Shown in pieces: positions 39,901 through 54,900 of a stretch of 64,000 nt of DNA (the first letter of the stretch is position 1; every line of letters starts with the position of its first letter). The stretch lies in NCBI RefSeq assembly GCF_009914755.1, contig NC_060928.1. The stretch is one strand, 5' to 3'. Origin of the DNA: the human T2T-CHM13v2.0 reference genome, Homo sapiens. The translations under genes and the position numbers were made by a program. Below the pieces are notes generated by a model. The model did no database searches. It was not told the DNA's origin and was given only the letters and a program-made list of their open reading frames with translations.

Positions 39901-42900
39901 TTGAACCTTTGTTTGGATACAGCATTTTGGAAACATTCCTTTAGTAGAATCTGCAAGTTGATATTTAGATAGCTTTGAAGATTTCGTTGGAAACGGGAAT
40001 ATCTTCATAAAAAATCTAGACGGAAGCATTGTCAGAAACTGCTTTGTGATGTTTGCATTCAAGTCACAGAGTTAAATATTCTTTTACAGAGCAGGTTTGA
40101 AACACTCTTTCTGCACTCGCTGGAAGTGGAGATTTCGAGCGCTTTGAGGCCTATGGTGAAAAAGGAAATATCTTCCCATAAAAACTAGACGGAAGCCTTC
40201 TCAGAAACTTGTTTGAGATGTGTGTATTCAACTAAGAGCGTTGAACATTTCTTTTTACAGAGCAGTTTTAAAACACTCTTTTGTGGAATCTGAAAGTGGA
40301 TAATTGGATAGCTTTGTGGATTTCGTTGGAAACGGGATGACGTATAAAATCTAGAGAGAAGCATTCTCAGGAACTTCTTTCTGATGTTTGCATTCAAGTC
40401 ACAGAATTGAACATTCCTTTTCATAGTGCAGGTTTGAAACACTCTTTCTGTAGTATCTGGAAGTGGACATTTCAAGCGCTTTCAGGCCTATGGGGAGAAA
40501 GGAAATATCTTCAAATAAAAACTAGACAGAAGGATTCTCAGAAACTTATTGGTGATGTGTGTCCTAAACGAACACAGTTGAACCTTTGTTTTGATACAGC
40601 ATTTTGGAAACACTCCTTTGTAGAATCTGCAGGTGGATATTTGGATAGATTTTAAGATTTCGTTGGAAACGGGAATTTCTTCATATAAACTCAAGACAGA
40701 TGCATTCTCCGAAACTTCTCTGTGATGTTTGCATTCCACTCATAGAGTTGAAAACTTCCTTTCATAGAGCAGGTTTGAAACACTCTTTTTGTGATATTTG
40801 GAAGTGGACATTTGCAGCGCTTTGAGGCCTATGGTGAAAAAGGAAATATCTTCTCATAAAAACCAGAAACAAGCATTCTCAGAAACTTCTTTTTGATGTG
40901 TGTACTCAAGTAACAGAGTTGAACCTTCCTTTTGACACAGCAGTTTTGAAACACTCTTTTTGTAGAATCTGCAGGTGGATATTTGGATAGCTTAGAGGGA
41001 TTCGTTGGAAAGGGGATATCTTCATATAAAATGTAGACAGAAGCATTCTGAGGAACTACTTTGTGATATTTGCATTGAAGTCACAGAATTGAACATTCAC
41101 TTTGATAGAGCAGGTTGGAAACACTCATCCTGTAGTATCTGGAAGCGGACAATTCAAGCGCTTTCAGGCCTATGGGGAGAAAGGAAATATCTTCAAATAA
41201 AAACTAGAGAGAAGCATCCTCAGAAACTTATTTGTGATGTGTGTCCTCAACTAACAGAGTTGAAACTTTGTTTTGATACAGCATTTTGGAAACACTCTTT
41301 TTGTAGAATCTGCAGGTGGATATTTGGATAGCTTAGAGGGATTCGTTGGAAAGGGGATATCTTCATATAAAATCTAGACAGAAGCATTCTCAGAAACTTA
41401 TTTGTGATGTGTGTCCTCAACTAACAGAGTGGAACCTTGGTTTTGATACAGCATTTTGGAAACACTCCTTTTGTAGAATCTGCAGGTGGATATGTGGATA
41501 GCTTTGAAGATTTCGTTGGAAACGGGAATTTCTTCATATAAAATCAAACAGAAGCATTCTCAGAAACTTCTCTGTGATGTTTGCATTCAGCTCATGGAGT
41601 TGAACACTTCCTTTCATAGAGCAGGTTTGAAACACTCTTTCTGCACTACCAGGAAGTGGACATTTCGAGCGCTTTGAGGCCTATGGTGAAAAAGGAAATA
41701 TCGTCTCATAAAAACCAGAAAGAAGCGTTCTCAGAAACTTCTTTGTGTTGTGTGTACTCATGTAACAGTGTTGAACCATCCTTTTGACAGAGCAGTTTTG
41801 AAACACTCTTTTGGTAGAATCTGCAAGTGGATATTTGGATAGCTTTGAGGATTTCATTGGAAACGGGTTATCTTCATATTAAATCTAGACAGAAGCATTC
41901 TCAGAAACTTCTTTGTGCTGTATGTCCTCAATTCACAGAGTTGAACCTTTGTTTGGATACAGCATTTTGGAAACATTCCTTTAGTAGAATCTGCAAGTTG
42001 ATATTTAGATAGCTTTGAAGATTTCGTTGGAAACGGGAATATCTTCATAAAAAATCTAGACGGAAGCATTGTCAGAAACTGCTTTGTGATGTTTGCATTC
42101 AAGTCACAGAGTTAAATATTCTTTTACAGAGCAGGTTTGAAACACTCTTTCTGCACTCGCTGGAAGTGGAGATTTCGAGCGCTTTGAGGCCTATGGTGAA
42201 AAAGGAAATATCTTCCCATAAAAACTAGACGGAAGCCTTCTCAGAAACTTGTTTGAGATGTGTGTATTCAACTAAGAGCGTTGAACATTTCTTTTTACAG
42301 AGCAGTTTTAAAACACTCTTTTTGTGGAATCTGAAAGTGGATAATTGGATAGCTTTGTGGATTTCGTTGGAAACGGGATGACGTATAAAATCTAGAGAGA
42401 AGCATTCTCAGGAACTTCTTTCTGATGTTTGCATTCAAGTCACAGAATTGAACATTCCTTTTCATAGTGCAGGTTTGAAACACTCTTTCTGTAGTATCTG
42501 GAAGTGGACATTTCAAGCGCTTTCAGGCCTATGGGGAGAAAGGAAATATCTTCAAATAAAAACTAGACAGAAGGATTCTCAGAAACTTATTGGTGATGTG
42601 TGTCCTAAACGAACACAGTTGAACCTTTGTTTTGATACAGCATTTTGGAAACACTCCCTTTGTAGAATCTGCAGGTGGATATTTGGATAGATTTTAAGAT
42701 TTCGTTGGAAACGGGAATTTCTTCATATAAACTCAAGACAGATGCATTCTCCGAAACTTCTCTGTGATGTTTGCATTCCACTCATAGAGTTGAAAACTTC
42801 CTTTCATAGAGCAGGTTTGAAACACTCTTTTTGTGATATTTGGAAGTGGACATTTGCAGCGCTTTGAGGCCTATGGTGAAAAAGGAAATATCTTCTCATA

Positions 42901-45900
42901 AAAACCAGAAACAAGCATTCTCAGAAACTTCTTTTTGATGTGTGTACTCAAGTAACAGAGTTGAACCTTCCTTTTGACACAGCAGTTTTGAAACAATCTT
43001 TTTGTAGAATCTGCAAGTGGATATTTGGATAGCTTTGAGGATTTCGTTGGAAACGGGATATCTTCATATAAAATCTAGACAGAAGCATTCTCAGAAACTT
43101 CTTTGTGCTGTATGTCCTCAATTAACAGAGTTGAACCATTGCTTGGATACAGCATTTTGGAAACATTCCTTTAGTAGAATCTGCAAGTTGATATTTAGAT
43201 AGATTTGAAGATTTCGTTGGAAACGGGAATATCTTCATATAAAATCTAGACGGAGGCATTCTCAGAAACTGCTTTGTGATGTTTCCATTCAAGTCACAGA
43301 GTTGAATATTCTCTTTTATAGAGCACGTTTGAAACACTCTTTCTGCACTATCTGGAAGTGGACATTTCGAGCGCTGTGAGGCCTATGGTGAAAAAGGAAA
43401 TATCTTCCCATAAAAACTAGACAGAAGCATTCTCAGAAACTTGTTTATGATGTGTGTATTCAACTAACAGACTTGAACTTTTGTTTTTACAGAGCAGTTT
43501 TAAGACAATCTTTTTGTGGAATCAGAAAGTGGGTATTCGGATGGCTTTGAGGACTTCGTTGGAAGCGGGATTACATATAAAATCTAGAGAGAAGCATTCT
43601 CAGGAACTTCTTTGTGATGTTTGCATTGAAGTCACAGAATTGAACATTCACTTTGATAGAGCAGGTTTGAAACACTCATTCTGTAGTATCTGGAAGCGGA
43701 CAATTCAAGCGCTTTCAGGCCTATGGGGAGAAAGGAAATATCTTCAAATAAAAACTAGACAGAAGCATCCTCAGAAACTTATTTGTGATGTGTGTCCTCA
43801 ACTAACAGTGTTGAAACTTTGTTTTGATACAGCATTTTGGAAACACTCTTTTTGTAGAATCTGCAGGTGGATATTTGGATAGCTTAGAGGGATTCGTTGG
43901 AAAGGGGATATCTTCATATAAAATCTAGACAGAAGCATTCTCAGAAACTTATTTGTGATGTGTGTCCTCAACTAACAGAGTTGAACCTTGGTTTTGATAC
44001 AGCATTTTGGAAACACTCCTTTTGTAGAATCTGCAGGTGGATATGTGGATAGCTTTGAAGATTTCGTTGGAAACGGGAATTTCTTCATATAAAATCAAAC
44101 AGAAGCATTCTCAGAAACTTCTCTGTGATGTTTGCATTCAGCTCATGGAGTTGAACACTTCCTTTCATAGAGCAGGTTTGAAACACTCTTTCTGCACTAC
44201 CAGGAAGTGGACATTTCGAGCGCTTTGAGGCCTATGGTGAAAAAGGAAATATCGTCTCATAAAAACCAGAAAGAAGCGTTCTCAGAAACTTCTTTGTGTT
44301 GTGTGTACTCATGTAACAGTGTTGAACCATCCTTTTGACAGAGCAGTTTTGAAACACTCTTTTTGTAGAATCTGCAAGTGGATATTTGGATAGCTTTGAG
44401 GATTTCATTGGAAACGGGTTATCTTCATATTAAATCTAGACAGAAGCATTCTCAGAAACTTCTTTGTGCTGTATGTCCTCAATTCACAGAGTTGAACCTT
44501 TGTTTGGATACAGCATTTTGGAAACATTCCTTTAGTAGAATCTGCAAGTTGATATTTAGATAGCTTTGAAGATTTCGTTGGAAACGGGAATATCTTCATA
44601 AAAAATCTAGACGGAAGCATTGTCAGAAACTGCTTTGTGATGTTTGCATTCAAGTCACAGAGTTAAATATTCTTTTACAGAGCAGGTTTGAAACACTCTT
44701 TCTGCACTCGCTGGAAGTGGAGATTTCGAGCGCTTTGAGGCCTATGGTGAAAAAGGAAATATCTTCCCATAAAAACTAGACGGAAGCCTTCTCAGAAACT
44801 TGTTTGAGATGTGTGTATTCAACTAAGAGCGTTGAACATTTCTTTTTACAGAGCAGTTTTAAAACACTCTTTTGTGGAATCTGAAAGTGGATAATTGGAT
44901 AGCTTTGTGGATTTCGTTGGAAACGGGATGACGTATAAAATCTAGAGAGAAGCATTCTCAGGAACTTCTTTCTGATGTTTGCATTCAAGTCACAGAATTG
45001 AACATTCCTTTTCATAGTGCAGGTTTGAAACACTCTTTCTGTAGTATCTGGAAGTGGACATTTCAAGCGCTTTCAGGCCTATGGGGAGAAAGGAAATATC
45101 TTCAAATAAAAACTAGACAGAAGGATTCTCAGAAACTTATTGGTGATGTGTGTCCTAAACGAACACAGTTGAACCTTTGTTTTGATACAGCATTTTGGAA
45201 ACACTCCTTTGTAGAATCTGCAGGTGGATATTTGGATAGATTTTAAGATTTCGTTGGAAACGGGAATTTCTTCATATAAACTCAAGACAGATGCATTCTC
45301 CGAAACTTCTCTGTGATGTTTGCATTCCACTCATAGAGTTGAAAACTTCCTTTCATAGAGCAGGTTTGAAACACTCTTTTTGTGATATTTGGAAGTGGAC
45401 ATTTGCAGCGCTTTGAGGCCTATGGTGAAAAAGGAAATATCTTCTCATAAAAACCAGAAACAAGCATTCTCAGAAACTTCTTTTTGATGTGTGTACTCAA
45501 GTAACAGAGTTGAACCTTCCTTTTGACACAGCAGTTTTGAAACACTCTTTTTGTAGAATCTGCAGGTGGATATTTGGATAGCTTAGAGGGATTCGTTGGA
45601 AAGGGGATATCTTCATATAAAATGTAGACAGAAGCATTCTGAGGAACTACTTTGTGATATTTGCATTGAAGTCACAGAATTGAACATTCACTTTGATAGA
45701 GCAGGTTGGAAACACTCATCCTGTAGTATCTGGAAGCGGACAATTCAAGCGCTTTCAGGCCTATGGGGAGAAAGGAAATATCTTCAAATAAAAACTAGAC
45801 AGAAGCATCCTCAGAAACTTATTTGTGATGTGTGTCCTCAACTAACAGAGTTGAAACTTTGTTTTGATACAGCATTTTGGAAACACTCTTTTTGTAGAAT

Positions 45901-48900
45901 CTGCAGGTGGATATTTGGATAGCTTAGAGGGATTCGTTGGAAAGGGGATATCTTCATATAAAATCTAGACAGAAGCATTCTCAGAAACTTATTTGTGATG
46001 TGTGTCCTCAACTAACAGAGTGGAACCTTGGTTTTGATACAGCATTTTGGAAACACTCCTTTTGTAGAATCTGCAGGTGGATATGTGGATAGCTTTGAAG
46101 ATTTCGTTGGAAACGGGAATTTCTTCATATAAAATCAAACAGAAGCATTCTCAGAAACTTCTCTGTGATGTTTGCATTCAGCTCATGGAGTTGAACACTT
46201 CCTTTCATAGAGCAGGTTTGAAACACTCTTTCTGCACTACCAGGAAGTGGACATTTCGAGCGCTTTGAGGCCTATGGTGAAAAAGGAAATATCGTCTCAT
46301 AAAAACCAGAAAGAAGCGTTCTCAGAAACTTCTTTGTGTTGTGTGTACTCATGTAACAGTGTTGAACCATCCTTTTGACAGAGCAGTTTTGAAACACTCT
46401 TTTTGTAGAATCTGCAAGTGGATATTTGGATAGCTTTGAGGATTTCATTGGAAACGGGTTATCTTCATATTAAATCTAGACAGAAGCATTCTCAGAAACT
46501 TCTTTGTGCTGTATGTCCTCAATTCACAGAGTTGAACCTTTGTTTGGATACAGCATTTTGGAAACATTCCTTTAGTAGAATCTGCAAGTTGATATTTAGA
46601 TAGCTTTGAAGATTTCGTTGGAAACGGGAATATCTTCATAAAAAATCTAGACGGAAGCATTGTCAGAAACTGCTTTGTGATGTTTGCATTCAAGTCACAG
46701 AGTTAAATATTCTTTTACAGAGCAGGTTTGAAACACTCTTTCTGCACTCGCTGGAAGTGGAGATTTCGAGCGCTTTGAGGCCTATGGTGAAAAAGGAAAT
46801 ATCTTCCCATAAAAACTAGACGGAAGCCTTCTCAGAAACTTGTTTGAGATGTGTGTATTCAACTAAGAGCGTTGAACATTTCTTTTTACAGAGCAGTTTT
46901 AAAACACTCTTTTTGTGGAATCTGAAAGTGGATAATTGGATAGCTTTGTGGATTTCGTTGGAAACGGGATGACGTATAAAATCTAGAGAGAAGCATTCTC
47001 AGGAACTTCTTTCTGATGTTTGCATTCAAGTCACAGAATTGAACATTCCTTTTCATAGTGCAGGTTTGAAACACTCTTTCTGTAGTATCTGGAAGTGGAC
47101 ATTTCAAGCGCTTTCAGGCCTATGGGGAGAAAGGAAATATCTTCAAATAAAAACTAGACAGAAGGATTCTCAGAAACTTATTGGTGATGTGTGTCCTAAA
47201 CGAACACAGTTGAACCTTTGTTTTGATACAGCATTTTGGAAACACTCCCTTTGTAGAATCTGCAGGTGGATATTTGGATAGATTTTAAGATTTCGTTGGA
47301 AACGGGAATTTCTTCATATAAACTCAAGACAGATGCATTCTCCGAAACTTCTCTGTGATGTTTGCATTCCACTCATAGAGTTGAAAACTTCCTTTCATAG
47401 AGCAGGTTTGAAACACTCTTTTTGTGATATTTGGAAGTGGACATTTGCAGCGCTTTGAGGCCTATGGTGAAAAAGGAAATATCTTCTCATAAAAACCAGA
47501 AACAAGCATTCTCAGAAACTTCTTTTTGATGTGTGTACTCAAGTAACAGAGTTGAACCTTCCTTTTGACACAGCAGTTTTGAAACAATCTTTTTGTAGAA
47601 TCTGCAAGTGGATATTTGGATAGCTTTGAGGATTTCGTTGGAAACGGGATATCTTCATATAAAATCTAGACAGAAGCATTCTCAGAAACTTCTTTGTGCT
47701 GTATGTCCTCAATTAACAGAGTTGAACCATTGCTTGGATACAGCATTTTGGAAACATTCCTTTAGTAGAATCTGCAAGTTGATATTTAGATAGATTTGAA
47801 GATTTCGTTGGAAACGGGAATATCTTCATATAAAATCTAGACGGAGGCATTCTCAGAAACTGCTTTGTGATGTTTCCATTCAAGTCACAGAGTTGAATAT
47901 TCTCTTTTATAGAGCACGTTTGAAACACTCTTTCTGCACTATCTGGAAGTGGACATTTCGAGCGCTGTGAGGCCTATGGTGAAAAAGGAAATATCTTCCC
48001 ATAAAAACTAGACAGAAGCATTCTCAGAAACTTGTTTATGATGTGTGTATTCAACTAACAGACTTGAACTTTTGTTTTTACAGAGCAGTTTTAAGACAAT
48101 CTTTTTGTGGAATCAGAAAGTGGGTATTCGGATGGCTTTGAGGACTTCGTTGGAAGCGGGATTACATATAAAATCTAGAGAGAAGCATTCTCAGGAACTT
48201 CTTTGTGATGTTTGCATTGAAGTCACAGAATTGAACATTCACTTTGATAGAGCAGGTTTGAAACACTCATTCTGTAGTATCTGGAAGCGGACAATTCAAG
48301 CGCTTTCAGGCCTATGGGGAGAAAGGAAATATCTTCAAATAAAAACTAGACAGAAGCATCCTCAGAAACTTATTTGTGATGTGTGTCCTCAACTAACAGT
48401 GTTGAAACTTTGTTTTGATACAGCATTTTGGAAACACTCTTTTTGTAGAATCTGCAGGTGGATATTTGGATAGCTTAGAGGGATTCGTTGGAAAGGGGAT
48501 ATCTTCATATAAAATCTAGACAGAAGCATTCTCAGAAACTTATTTGTGATGTGTGTCCTCAACTAACAGAGTTGAACCTTGGTTTTGATACAGCATTTTG
48601 GAAACACTCCTTTTGTAGAATCTGCAGGTGGATATGTGGATAGCTTTGAAGATTTCGTTGGAAACGGGAATTTCTTCATATAAAATCAAACAGAAGCATT
48701 CTCAGAAACTTCTCTGTGATGTTTGCATTCAGCTCATGGAGTTGAACACTTCCTTTCATAGAGCAGGTTTGAAACACTCTTTCTGCACTACCAGGAAGTG
48801 GACATTTCGAGCGCTTTGAGGCCTATGGTGAAAAAGGAAATATCGTCTCATAAAAACCAGAAAGAAGCGTTCTCAGAAACTTCTTTGTGTTGTGTGTACT

Positions 48901-51900
48901 CATGTAACAGTGTTGAACCATCCTTTTGACAGAGCAGTTTTGAAACACTCTTTTTGTAGAATCTGCAAGTGGATATTTGGATAGCTTTGAGGATTTCATT
49001 GGAAACGGGTTATCTTCATATTAAATCTAGACAGAAGCATTCTCAGAAACTTCTTTGTGCTGTATGTCCTCAATTCACAGAGTTGAACCTTTGTTTGGAT
49101 ACAGCATTTTGGAAACATTCCTTTAGTAGAATCTGCAAGTTGATATTTAGATAGCTTTGAAGATTTCGTTGGAAACGGGAATATCTTCATAAAAAATCTA
49201 GACGGAAGCATTGTCAGAAACTGCTTTGTGATGTTTGCATTCAAGTCACAGAGTTAAATATTCTTTTACAGAGCAGGTTTGAAACACTCTTTCTGCACTC
49301 GCTGGAAGTGGAGATTTCGAGCGCTTTGAGGCCTATGGTGAAAAAGGAAATATCTTCCCATAAAAACTAGACGGAAGCCTTCTCAGAAACTTGTTTGAGA
49401 TGTGTGTATTCAACTAAGAGCGTTGAACATTTCTTTTTACAGAGCAGTTTTAAAACACTCTTTTGTGGAATCTGAAAGTGGATAATTGGATAGCTTTGTG
49501 GATTTCGTTGGAAACGGGATGACGTATAAAATCTAGAGAGAAGCATTCTCAGGAACTTCTTTCTGATGTTTGCATTCAAGTCACAGAATTGAACATTCCT
49601 TTTCATAGTGCAGGTTTGAAACACTCTTTCTGTAGTATCTGGAAGTGGACATTTCAAGCGCTTTCAGGCCTATGGGGAGAAAGGAAATATCTTCAAATAA
49701 AAACTAGACAGAAGGATTCTCAGAAACTTATTGGTGATGTGTGTCCTAAACGAACACAGTTGAACCTTTGTTTTGATACAGCATTTTGGAAACACTCCTT
49801 TGTAGAATCTGCAGGTGGATATTTGGATAGATTTTAAGATTTCGTTGGAAACGGGAATTTCTTCATATAAACTCAAGACAGATGCATTCTCCGAAACTTC
49901 TCTGTGATGTTTGCATTCCACTCATAGAGTTGAAAACTTCCTTTCATAGAGCAGGTTTGAAACACTCTTTTTGTGATATTTGGAAGTGGACATTTGCAGC
50001 GCTTTGAGGCCTATGGTGAAAAAGGAAATATCTTCTCATAAAAACCAGAAACAAGCATTCTCAGAAACTTCTTTTTGATGTGTGTACTCAAGTAACAGAG
50101 TTGAACCTTCCTTTTGACACAGCAGTTTTGAAACACTCTTTTTGTAGAATCTGCAGGTGGATATTTGGATAGCTTAGAGGGATTCGTTGGAAAGGGGATA
50201 TCTTCATATAAAATGTAGACAGAAGCATTCTGAGGAACTACTTTGTGATATTTGCATTGAAGTCACAGAATTGAACATTCACTTTGATAGAGCAGGTTGG
50301 AAACACTCATCCTGTAGTATCTGGAAGCGGACAATTCAAGCGCTTTCAGGCCTATGGGGAGAAAGGAAATATCTTCAAATAAAAACTAGAGAGAAGCATC
50401 CTCAGAAACTTATTTGTGATGTGTGTCCTCAACTAACAGAGTTGAAACTTTGTTTTGATACAGCATTTTGGAAACACTCTTTTTGTAGAATCTGCAGGTG
50501 GATATTTGGATAGCTTAGAGGGATTCGTTGGAAAGGGGATATCTTCATATAAAATCTAGACAGAAGCATTCTCAGAAACTTATTTGTGATGTGTGTCCTC
50601 AACTAACAGAGTGGAACCTTGGTTTTGATACAGCATTTTGGAAACACTCCTTTTGTAGAATCTGCAGGTGGATATGTGGATAGCTTTGAAGATTTCGTTG
50701 GAAACGGGAATTTCTTCATATAAAATCAAACAGAAGCATTCTCAGAAACTTCTCTGTGATGTTTGCATTCAGCTCATGGAGTTGAACACTTCCTTTCATA
50801 GAGCAGGTTTGAAACACTCTTTCTGCACTACCAGGAAGTGGACATTTCGAGCGCTTTGAGGCCTATGGTGAAAAAGGAAATATCGTCTCATAAAAACCAG
50901 AAAGAAGCGTTCTCAGAAACTTCTTTGTGTTGTGTGTACTCATGTAACAGTGTTGAACCATCCTTTTGACAGAGCAGTTTTGAAACACTCTTTTGGTAGA
51001 ATCTGCAAGTGGATATTTGGATAGCTTTGAGGATTTCATTGGAAACGGGTTATCTTCATATTAAATCTAGACAGAAGCATTCTCAGAAACTTCTTTGTGC
51101 TGTATGTCCTCAATTCACAGAGTTGAACCTTTGTTTGGATACAGCATTTTGGAAACATTCCTTTAGTAGAATCTGCAAGTTGATATTTAGATAGCTTTGA
51201 AGATTTCGTTGGAAACGGGAATATCTTCATAAAAAATCTAGACGGAAGCATTGTCAGAAACTGCTTTGTGATGTTTGCATTCAAGTCACAGAGTTAAATA
51301 TTCTTTTACAGAGCAGGTTTGAAACACTCTTTCTGCACTCGCTGGAAGTGGAGATTTCGAGCGCTTTGAGGCCTATGGTGAAAAAGGAAATATCTTCCCA
51401 TAAAAACTAGACGGAAGCCTTCTCAGAAACTTGTTTGAGATGTGTGTATTCAACTAAGAGCGTTGAACATTTCTTTTTACAGAGCAGTTTTAAAACACTC
51501 TTTTTGTGGAATCTGAAAGTGGATAATTGGATAGCTTTGTGGATTTCGTTGGAAACGGGATGACGTATAAAATCTAGAGAGAAGCATTCTCAGGAACTTC
51601 TTTCTGATGTTTGCATTCAAGTCACAGAATTGAACATTCCTTTTCATAGTGCAGGTTTGAAACACTCTTTCTGTAGTATCTGGAAGTGGACATTTCAAGC
51701 GCTTTCAGGCCTATGGGGAGAAAGGAAATATCTTCAAATAAAAACTAGACAGAAGGATTCTCAGAAACTTATTGGTGATGTGTGTCCTAAACGAACACAG
51801 TTGAACCTTTGTTTTGATACAGCATTTTGGAAACACTCCCTTTGTAGAATCTGCAGGTGGATATTTGGATAGATTTTAAGATTTCGTTGGAAACGGGAAT

Positions 51901-54900
51901 TTCTTCATATAAACTCAAGACAGATGCATTCTCCGAAACTTCTCTGTGATGTTTGCATTCCACTCATAGAGTTGAAAACTTCCTTTCATAGAGCAGGTTT
52001 GAAACACTCTTTTTGTGATATTTGGAAGTGGACATTTGCAGCGCTTTGAGGCCTATGGTGAAAAAGGAAATATCTTCTCATAAAAACCAGAAACAAGCAT
52101 TCTCAGAAACTTCTTTTTGATGTGTGTACTCAAGTAACAGAGTTGAACCTTCCTTTTGACACAGCAGTTTTGAAACAATCTTTTTGTAGAATCTGCAAGT
52201 GGATATTTGGATAGCTTTGAGGATTTCGTTGGAAACGGGATATCTTCATATAAAATCTAGACAGAAGCATTCTCAGAAACTTCTTTGTGCTGTATGTCCT
52301 CAATTAACAGAGTTGAACCATTGCTTGGATACAGCATTTTGGAAACATTCCTTTAGTAGAATCTGCAAGTTGATATTTAGATAGATTTGAAGATTTCGTT
52401 GGAAACGGGAATATCTTCATATAAAATCTAGACGGAGGCATTCTCAGAAACTGCTTTGTGATGTTTCCATTCAAGTCACAGAGTTGAATATTCTCTTTTA
52501 TAGAGCACGTTTGAAACACTCTTTCTGCACTATCTGGAAGTGGACATTTCGAGCGCTGTGAGGCCTATGGTGAAAAAGGAAATATCTTCCCATAAAAACT
52601 AGACAGAAGCATTCTCAGAAACTTGTTTATGATGTGTGTATTCAACTAACAGACTTGAACTTTTGTTTTTACAGAGCAGTTTTAAGACAATCTTTTTGTG
52701 GAATCAGAAAGTGGGTATTCGGATGGCTTTGAGGACTTCGTTGGAAGCGGGATTACATATAAAATCTAGAGAGAAGCATTCTCAGGAACTTCTTTGTGAT
52801 GTTTGCATTGAAGTCACAGAATTGAACATTCACTTTGATAGAGCAGGTTTGAAACACTCATTCTGTAGTATCTGGAAGCGGACAATTCAAGCGCTTTCAG
52901 GCCTATGGGGAGAAAGGAAATATCTTCAAATAAAAACTAGACAGAAGCATCCTCAGAAACTTATTTGTGATGTGTGTCCTCAACTAACAGTGTTGAAACT
53001 TTGTTTTGATACAGCATTTTGGAAACACTCTTTTTGTAGAATCTGCAGGTGGATATTTGGATAGCTTAGAGGGATTCGTTGGAAAGGGGATATCTTCATA
53101 TAAAATCTAGACAGAAGCATTCTCAGAAACTTATTTGTGATGTGTGTCCTCAACTAACAGAGTTGAACCTTGGTTTTGATACAGCATTTTGGAAACACTC
53201 CTTTTGTAGAATCTGCAGGTGGATATGTGGATAGCTTTGAAGATTTCGTTGGAAACGGGAATTTCTTCATATAAAATCAAACAGAAGCATTCTCAGAAAC
53301 TTCTCTGTGATGTTTGCATTCAGCTCATGGAGTTGAACACTTCCTTTCATAGAGCAGGTTTGAAACACTCTTTCTGCACTACCAGGAAGTGGACATTTCG
53401 AGCGCTTTGAGGCCTATGGTGAAAAAGGAAATATCGTCTCATAAAAACCAGAAAGAAGCGTTCTCAGAAACTTCTTTGTGTTGTGTGTACTCATGTAACA
53501 GTGTTGAACCATCCTTTTGACAGAGCAGTTTTGAAACACTCTTTTTGTAGAATCTGCAAGTGGATATTTGGATAGCTTTGAGGATTTCATTGGAAACGGG
53601 TTATCTTCATATTAAATCTAGACAGAAGCATTCTCAGAAACTTCTTTGTGCTGTATGTCCTCAATTCACAGAGTTGAACCTTTGTTTGGATACAGCATTT
53701 TGGAAACATTCCTTTAGTAGAATCTGCAAGTTGATATTTAGATAGCTTTGAAGATTTCGTTGGAAACGGGAATATCTTCATAAAAAATCTAGACGGAAGC
53801 ATTGTCAGAAACTGCTTTGTGATGTTTGCATTCAAGTCACAGAGTTAAATATTCTTTTACAGAGCAGGTTTGAAACACTCTTTCTGCACTCGCTGGAAGT
53901 GGAGATTTCGAGCGCTTTGAGGCCTATGGTGAAAAAGGAAATATCTTCCCATAAAAACTAGACGGAAGCCTTCTCAGAAACTTGTTTGAGATGTGTGTAT
54001 TCAACTAAGAGCGTTGAACATTTCTTTTTACAGAGCAGTTTTAAAACACTCTTTTGTGGAATCTGAAAGTGGATAATTGGATAGCTTTGTGGATTTCGTT
54101 GGAAACGGGATGACGTATAAAATCTAGAGAGAAGCATTCTCAGGAACTTCTTTCTGATGTTTGCATTCAAGTCACAGAATTGAACATTCCTTTTCATAGT
54201 GCAGGTTTGAAACACTCTTTCTGTAGTATCTGGAAGTGGACATTTCAAGCGCTTTCAGGCCTATGGGGAGAAAGGAAATATCTTCAAATAAAAACTAGAC
54301 AGAAGGATTCTCAGAAACTTATTGGTGATGTGTGTCCTAAACGAACACAGTTGAACCTTTGTTTTGATACAGCATTTTGGAAACACTCCTTTGTAGAATC
54401 TGCAGGTGGATATTTGGATAGATTTTAAGATTTCGTTGGAAACGGGAATTTCTTCATATAAACTCAAGACAGATGCATTCTCCGAAACTTCTCTGTGATG
54501 TTTGCATTCCACTCATAGAGTTGAAAACTTCCTTTCATAGAGCAGGTTTGAAACACTCTTTTTGTGATATTTGGAAGTGGACATTTGCAGCGCTTTGAGG
54601 CCTATGGTGAAAAAGGAAATATCTTCTCATAAAAACCAGAAACAAGCATTCTCAGAAACTTCTTTTTGATGTGTGTACTCAAGTAACAGAGTTGAACCTT
54701 CCTTTTGACACAGCAGTTTTGAAACACTCTTTTTGTAGAATCTGCAGGTGGATATTTGGATAGCTTAGAGGGATTCGTTGGAAAGGGGATATCTTCATAT
54801 AAAATGTAGACAGAAGCATTCTGAGGAACTACTTTGTGATATTTGCATTGAAGTCACAGAATTGAACATTCACTTTGATAGAGCAGGTTGGAAACACTCA

